Shown: piece after piece, positions 55,934-64,000 of the stretch
Numbering within the stretch: the first letter of the stretch is position 1
Layout: every line of letters begins with the position of its first letter
DNA from: Chrysomallon squamiferum
Lineage: Eukaryota; Animalia; Mollusca
Reading direction: 5' to 3'
Length of the DNA stretch: 64,000 nt
Assembly (NCBI GenBank): GCA_012295275.1
Contig: CM022670.1
Coordinates: 2,976,001-3,040,000, forward strand
Position numbers and translations under genes: made by a program
Notes under the pieces: generated by a model
Told to the model about the DNA's origin: nothing
Seen by the model: the letters and a program-made list of their open reading frames with translations, nothing else
Databases searched by the model: none

Positions 55934-56849
55934 TAATAGACATATAAATTGGCTCCATAGTGGACACACTCAGAGCTTTAAAAGGACCGTTTTTGGTAAA
56001 CAGGGCTTTTCCCCTTTGTGTCACTGTTGTGTTGTTTTTTTGTGCGAATCAAAGTCATCAGGACTCAGTTCACAAATATTTAACCTGCTCTTCATCCGTG
56101 ACAGAATCTGCCGAAGACGTCATTCCACTGCCGTGCTTCAGTTGTTCTTGCAAAACAACAAATCTTCCAGAAAAAGACAAGCAAACTGCTGCTTGCACTC
56201 GAAAAGCAAATATCCTTATTGGGTGATGATTAAAGGAAAAAAAGGCGTTTGCCTTTCTGCGCATCCCTTGTTGAGAGAAGACATTCTATGGCGTATAATT
56301 GGCCGAATGCTTCTGATGTCTGTTTGTGCGATGTTTTTTTCACAACAACAAAAACATACAATTGTATCTTTCTAGTGTTTGTCTGAAATGGACGCTGGGG
56401 TTAGCAGGGGATTATAGACGAAGCAGGTGTACATTATACGGAGATGATATTTAGCTTAGGGACACACACATGTACAAGTGGATTGGGTCGCTACAAAAAG
56501 TAAGACGAAGAAAAGAAATGAAAACAGGATTTTACAATGCTTTATGTATGGATTAAATAGAAAATAATAATTCATTATTTCTTGATCTGAAGGGGAGGCG
56601 ATAAAGAAAAAATAGAGAATTTAAAATTTAAAAAAAAAAGTAGAAAGAAAGATGAAAAGAAGGAACTGCTTAGGCTTTCCTAATGAGGAGTATAGCCAGA
56701 CTTTGAAAGATAAATATATATTAATAAAAAACACAGACAGAAACAGCTGTGTGTACAAAGATCCATTCGTTGATAAATCCATGGAAGGAGGGCTAGATGG
56801 ATAGATAGATAGATAGATAGAGCAAAGACACAACAACAACAACAACAAC

Positions 56850-56920
<71 letters not shown>

Positions 56921-57510
56921 CAACAACAACAATGAAAGGGGAATAAGTTAAACGGAATGGCAAACTGAGCATGAAGGAGGTATTTCAGCGTGTATAATTA
57001 CCGGATAGCACAATATAATACGCTGGATACATCCTTGATTCAATATTTGCCATGATACAATAGCGTCAAAACGTGTGTAAACAGACAGCATAATTATGGT
57101 TTCACGGGTTATCAAACGCATTGCTCTGTTTGAGAATAATAAAACCTAACAGTTATATACACAAAGAAAACAAAGTGTCCCTTTACCAAAAGGAAAAAAA
57201 AAAAGTATTCTTCAGAGAAATTTACATCTGTATACCTACCTTTTAACAAATATCAGCGAGGGTTTAGATATGTCAAAATTCAGTTGTTATTTATTATAAT
57301 AGTGTCCTAACCTAACTAACAAGAAGAAAAGCAGTACTAGATGCGTTGAAGCAGAAAAAATAAAAGGTATTCAGGGTATTTTCGCGTATAAAATCTCGAC
57401 GTCTGTTTGCTTTTTATAACAAACGGATCTGAGATCTTTTGTAGCTGGTCAATTAAGGTTTAAATGACAGGGTCTGTAAAAATTATCTGTTTACTCATCA
57501 CAGTTTTCCT

Positions 57511-57530
57511 CTGCCCCCCTGTGGCGGCCG
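57511..57530 (-). promoter_or_regulatory. CTCF-like motif (reverse orientation)
   Basis: Minus strand CGGCCGCCACAGGGGGGCAG matches the CTCF core with two mismatches and sits in an otherwise AT-rich context. Confidence 0.35.
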
Positions 57531-58899
57531 TAACAATAGAAACGAGAACGTACATAAGACGGTGATGTTTTTTCTGAAATTTCCAAACAATGCACCTGAT
57601 GGCATTTATCGAAAAAATTTCGCTTGATACGTGGAAATCTGATTCTTGAGATTATCCTAATTTCATGAAGAGTAATTTTATCTTTTCTTCAGTGTTGGTG
57701 ACTTTTCATAACGTTTCTCTTCTCCTTTTTTCATTTCTGCCTATTTTAGACTACGGAGTATGATTAATGTAAAGGAAAAATCTAATAATTATAGATACTG
57801 CAAAGATGTCTGTTACCAAATAGTATAAATAAACCAAGACAATCAACGCTAATTATTACTGCTATTACTGCGACCACTACATCAGCATCATCAACACCAC
57901 TACCCAATCATCCTCCTACTACTACTAGTTTTGTTGTTGTTTATTAGTAGTATTAGTAGAATTAGTAGAAGTACAATTATTATTATTACAACTAACACTA
58001 CTGGTATTACACTAAGAACATTATCACTAATACTAATATTGTAACTACTTGCTACTCTTAATCTTATTATTATTACTACTGCTGCTGCAACTACTACTAC
58101 TTTTACCACTACTGTTACTACTACAGATAGCATCATCGTTACTACTACAATTACTTTTGCAATCTCTACTACATCCATCATCGCAACCACTACTACTACT
58201 ACTACCGCGATCATCTGGATGAACGCTGGTTAATGTCTTGTTCTTTTCTCTTTTCTTTCTTTCGTTTTTGCTTTTTCTTTCTTTTCTTTACTTTTTTAAC
58301 TCTATCTTTCTCTTTTTCTTTCCTTCATTCTGTCTTTTTTTTCTCTTTTTGTTACTGCACATCTTTTACATATTAATTTTAAAATTTCATTCAGTCACTA
58401 ATATTTTACAATTATTATTATTTTAATTTTATAAACAGAAGAAAAGAATAAACTAAAATTGTCTGAACGTGACTAGAAAATATGTCGTTTATTAGCCTGT
58501 ATCTTGTCATTTTACACCCTCTCATTAGAAAAAAACGCCTTTTCTTGTTTAAAAACAACACTCGAATCCTCTTTGTAACAAAGCAACATTGCGTGATGGT
58601 CTTCATCTACAAGCTGTTAACACTAAATCGACAGGACTTAATATAAATCCTTGCCTTAAGACACATTTTAATAAGAAGTATCAAATAAACATCTACAGCA
58701 TGCCAGTGTGTGGACAAAAAAACCTAATAAATTGTGGTTTTGTTCGCCACAAAACAGCGGTAATAGAAACCGCATGGAACTTCCCTCGAAAATTCCGTCC
58801 CCGGGATATTATTCAAAAATACAGAGAAATAAACAAGAGCGAATCTCGCGTTACGCCGTTAGACCCGATGTCGCTTTAAAACGAAGAAGCTGGAGTATT

Positions 58900-59100
58900 T
58901 ACTGTGTATCCAGTGATGTATGCGAAGTCTACCTGCATGATACAGATCTGTGTCTCTCCAGCGGTGTAGAAACGTACACAAGTGTGGCATGTATCTCTCT
59001 GCATATCCAGCGATACAGAGAATGAATACAAGTGTGGTATAGACGTGTCTCAGTGAATCCACTGGCGTAGAGAGAAAGTCTAGTACTGTGACGTCCGATC
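58900..59100. repeat. Degenerate tandem repeat of about 50 bp (4 units)
   Basis: TCCA(G/C)(T/C)G anchors at 58909, 58957, 59006 and 59058; shared ACAAGTGTGG and AAGTCTA sub-motifs. Confidence 0.55.
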
Positions 59101-60194
59101 CCTCGAGCCGAGATAACAATCGCCGAGCACCTTTATCAAAAGAAATACGGTACGGAACGTTAGTTCTGTTATAGTAACCTTTTAATGGATTATGTCGCTA
59201 ATGCTTGATGCTGTTTTAGCGGCACGCTTCGGCAGATAATCCATGCAGTTGTATTTCATGACCCCCGGATTTAAAGAATGCTTGCATCAAACTGCAGGTC
59301 AGATATTAAAATGTACAGCTGGAAAGAAAAGAAAACATATATACCAAAGTAGCTACAGAAGCCATAACAACATCAACAACAACAGCAATAGCAACAATAA
59401 TACAATATCATTATCATTCATTTATTCATTATTATTATCATTATTATTATCAGTAGTAGTAGTAGTAGTAGTAGTTGTAGTTTTAATAGTAATATGCATT
59501 GCAGCAGTAGTGAAAATTCTACTAATTATTATAATAGTTATCGCCGTAGTAGTAATGGACAATTTTTTTTGTTGTTACAGTAAAACTAAAAGTGTAAATT
59601 ACAAAACCATGCATACGAATTCACTAACACACAGACACAAACACAAACGAAGTAAAATCGAAAAGAGCACATTAACAATAAATAATAATGTTTTTGGAAA
59701 CAATGGCAATTGATCGTTCGCTCATTAATTCATTTATTCATTGATGACGTACATTGTTCCGTTTACCCGCTAATAGCCAGTTCCTGTCCAAACCTATAAA
59801 TAATTATAACAATGATGTCACACACACACACACACACACACGCACACACAGGTGTCTTTCGCCCGCTTGTTAGCAAATTGCCTCGGCACCTGTGGTGCGG
59901 AAATTAGTCCTGAACAAGATTGGCGTTGAACACATCGCAACACCGAGAGACGGAAAACTGTTTTTCATCGGGTTTTCTTTCCATGTCCTTCCATGTTTTC
60001 GTAAGATCGCGTTTCATGTTCGTTCGGAGCCTTGAAAAACATGCGACAAACTCCTATTGTTTAAGGAAACAAAAGCCGGTGGTAATTTGTTTCATCTGCT
60101 TTTGAGGGAATTAACATCTAGAATGAAGATCCTGTGTGTTACACTGGCTGGCTGGCTGGTCGTGTGATTGACAAAGATTTTTGACAATTAGACA

Positions 60195-60406
60195 AGGGGC
60201 AGATCTCTAGCGGTGAGGGTGGGGTGGGTGTGTTCCTCTGTTGTAACCCGGCCCCTTCTCAAATGGATGACCTTTCTTTTTTGTATAATTAATAATAAAA
60301 AAATCGTTTCGTTGTTGACGTTATTACTGATTATCGTGAGGGAAAACGCACCCCCCTGTCTTCTGAACCCACCCTCCCCTGTTTTCTGAATCGTGGAACC
60401 GCCCCT
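60195..60406. mobile_element. MITE-like non-autonomous element
   Basis: Imperfect terminal inverted repeats AGGGGCAGATC ... GGAACCGCCCCT. The left subterminus is G-rich, the right is C-rich and the centre is AT-rich. About 210 bp with no ORF. Confidence 0.55.
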
Positions 60407-60831
60407 GGATGCTGATTACTAAGACTCTCGGAGTGCCGACAGTTTGAGCCGTTTAACAAGTTTATTTTCTGCCTGGTCATCGCAAGTCCGAGACGTGCTG
60501 GTCACTTCAAAGGAAGGAATCATTTGGCTTTCAGCGAGTTGGGTTTTCACACATCATGTCCGACATTAGTTCTAATTAATCTTGTTTTCTGAATATTTTC
60601 ATGTACAGAGTAATAATGGTTGCCAGAAGAACAGCTACCACTGCTACTACTACTACTACTACTACTTATTATTATTATTATTATTATTATTATGTTGTTG
60701 TTGTTGTTGTTGCTGCTGCTGTTATTATTACTATTATTTTAATTATTATTATTACTGTCATCATTATCATTATTATTATTATTACTATTTATCTATTTAT
60801 TTATTTACCTCTCCATCTATCTATCTATTTA

Positions 60832-60862
<31 letters not shown>

Positions 60863-61775
60863 GTCTGTTTACATATTTTTTTTTTTAAATTTGTTTTCTT
60901 AACTATTATCAGTTTTGATTATGGTTCTCTTTGTTTTCTTTCTTTTTATAAAAATTACAATTTTCTTCCAAACGATAGAGCTATGCAAAATACAGTGAAA
61001 CAGGACTTACGGACATCTTTATGGGAAAAAAAAGAAGAAAAAAGCGCGTTCTCATAAGTAAAGACAGACACGCTCACATTTTGTACTATCATCACTATCA
61101 TCATCATAATCAAGATGATGATGATCATCATCTCCCTTCAGAACATTCCTGTTTAAACACAACACCTGACCGAACGCCGTCAAGACGCTGCTGATGCATG
61201 ATAACGTTGTGAAGTCGTACATGACGTACGCTCTGATGTTTATAGGGGAGGGCGTGTCACGGCACGGTCAGCGCGTCCCACCTGTGTGACTCTCCCACTC
61301 ACAGACTCAATTACAACAGAATGTGCATGCTCGATCACGCGCGTGCACATTGAAATAATCGCGTATGAAATGACGGGTGATAAGGGAATACACGTAATTT
61401 GTAAAGTTTGCGAAAGCTCGTGCGTAACAACATAAATTTATGAGATTCTTGAAATTGTTGGGAATATTTTAAGACTTTTATTTTTTTTTGCTTTTTGTTT
61501 CTTTTCTTCTAGCGCTTTAGCAACCATCCACAATTATAATTGTTTTCTTTATAAACAATTACACACATACATACACACACACGGACACACACAAACACAC
61601 ACAGACATTTATACAATATATATATTCAAGATAAATGGGCTTCAGAACGGTTCAATAAAAAAATTCGAATATGTTTGTATTATTTAATTTAATTGTTATC
61701 TTTGTTTGATTGCTTCTTTATTTATTTATTACAAATTGAATTATTATTAATAACTGCTATTGTTTTTTACTACTT

Positions 61776-61818
<43 letters not shown>

Positions 61819-62610
61819 TTTTTGCTGTAAGGTATATTTGCGTTTATAAATGTAAATTGTCCCATCTATTTATCACACCTGTGCTATTTAATTGCCTTCT
61901 TCATTTTTTACCACACCTTTTCTGAAGAAATAATATAATACAGAAATTTCGGTTCTTTATGATTCCTAAATTGGAAAAGAAATCATGTCGCTCCGAGCGA
62001 TGACTGTAACAAAGCGGTTTGCTAAGCAGTCCCATGAAATTCAAACCAGCGTAACGAAAGTTCAGCTCGCGGTGCAAATGATCAAACGTGCATTTAATAA
62101 AGGTTAAAGGTTGCTCAGAGCTTCCCTCGCGAGTATCTCCACTCAACATTCGACTCGCAATCTGGTCCCAATTAATTCATTGTCCAGATCAAATCAAAGA
62201 TGGTCCAATTTGTTCCATCTGCCGTGAGACAAAACTGATGCAGGAAAGGACGAAATTTAAGACTGCTGTTTATCAATATTGATGCGTAAAACGTGCTGAT
62301 GTCTGCAAATGTTGGCTCTTGCGTGCTTCCAGGGTGTAAAGTATCTGTTGCGATTGGCATCAAGTGGTCCTCGCCGTGCAGTGCGATACGTGGACGTGAC
62401 GGAGCAAACACGACTCCAGAGAAGTTCACAGAGTTCAGAGTAAAGGTAGAAACTGAACTGGTTGGAGAATCCTCTAAGTCATGCCACGTATATTTGTACG
62501 TGTGTGCATATGTATGTGTATAGGTGTAATATTAGACTGCATTTTCAAAAGTGCTTTTAAGTTTTTTTTTTTTTTTTTTTAAAGCAACTATACAGAAAAA
62601 AATAAATAAG

Positions 62611-62700
62611 ATGCCATTTTTTTCCAAATCTGCACAGCGCAAATTCTTCCTGGTGCCATTTGTTTTTCAGGTGCCATTTTTTCCAGTGCCGTTTTTTGCA
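62611..62700. repeat. Short tandem GTGCCATTTTTTCCA-type repeats (possible non-autonomous transposon remnant)
   Basis: Four copies of (G)TGCC(A/G)TTT...CA. Confidence 0.55.
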
Positions 62701-63014
62701 AGTAACATCGACCAAGTAACTTTTAGGACAATACCGATATATCATACATGGTACTGTAAATATATATAACTGTAGAGTTACTTGTTTGTTTAATAATACC
62801 CCATCTCAAAACAATGATTAACTCTTGCGTCGTAGAAGTATTCAATTTCAAAAATGGATTCTTTGTTAATACATTGATAATCTGAAATGGTGAACTGTAA
62901 GATCTATCCTTACTTCATCTATCTGCATGATATAACCGAGTAAATACTGACAATCACATAATAATGATAATGATAATGATGACGATAATAATAATAACAA
63001 TAATAATAATAATA

Positions 63015-63059
<45 letters not shown>

Positions 63060-63660
63060 CTTAGAAATGGATGTAATTAAGTGATAAAGTATTCGATTGA
63101 GGATCAATGGATTGTCGAACTCAGTATCACGTGACAGGTCACCACGTGTATTTCTGTGCATTTAACGTTAGTGTACTATATAATCACTATATGATCATTT
63201 TAGAAAAGAAACCCTTTGATTAAATACGTTTTCAAATCAAATTAAGTACACTAACCTCAAAAAGTTGCGAAAATTTAAAGATCAGCATTCGATGGTGATG
63301 TTTGTTGATTAATTTTTTTCTCTATTAGACTATCTAAGCAAAAATAGCTTAAGTGACAAATAAAATCATAAATTAAAAAAGTCAGTTTTCTTCAGTTCAG
63401 ATAGCTTTAAGCAAAAAACAAACAAAAACAAAAACAAAAAACATAATAATAATAATAATCAAAATAAAATAAAATAAAATAAAATAATATTGAATAAAAT
63501 TGAATTGAACTGAATTGAATTAAATTAAATTAAATTAAATTAAATTAATAAATAAATAAATATTTTGCATAGCTGGATCAATGTTGATATAATTTAGTTC
63601 CATTTACTAAACCTGAGATTTACCAATACTTATCAATAATAATATTATGTAATAAGAAAA

Positions 63661-63834
<174 letters not shown>

Positions 63835-64000
63835 AAAAAAAAATATATATATATGCCTGTTTGTGACTGTCTCTCTGTTTCTGTGACAAGCTGTGACTTA
63901 TGTTTCAGTATCTAGGACTTTACCTGTACAGGTATTTTTGACATTATTTTTCTACATCTTTTATTTTTATCTTTAAAGTATTAATAAATCATACTTATCT

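Overview
AT-rich, microsatellite-dense animal genomic DNA, most likely from a lophotrochozoan such as a mollusc (inferred from the protocadherin motifs and repeat content, not from a search). I can support one protein-coding gene: a + strand protocadherin with 7 cadherin repeats. Its large exon (acceptor at 34780, ATG 34860, donor after 37721) encodes the signal peptide, the whole ectodomain, the TM helix and the start of the tail. Two small exons (38998-39094, 39548-39924) finish a protein of about 1111 aa, with a CM1-like DSGRGGS motif, RVxF-type motifs and an STTTSGSY motif. Also present are an intron-containing tRNA-Leu(CAA) on the - strand with a G19A change, a tRNA-derived SINE-like element, MITE-like inverted repeats and many microsatellites. 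The most interesting unexplained structure is regulatory. Several promoter-like islands upstream each end in a strong splice donor and may be alternative non-coding first exons for the single coding exon. CTCF-like motifs form a divergent pair upstream and a convergent pair around the gene, which loosely recalls vertebrate clustered-protocadherin promoter choice. These regulatory calls were made by eye and need RNA and chromatin data. Almost all other ORFs in the track are translations of microsatellites.
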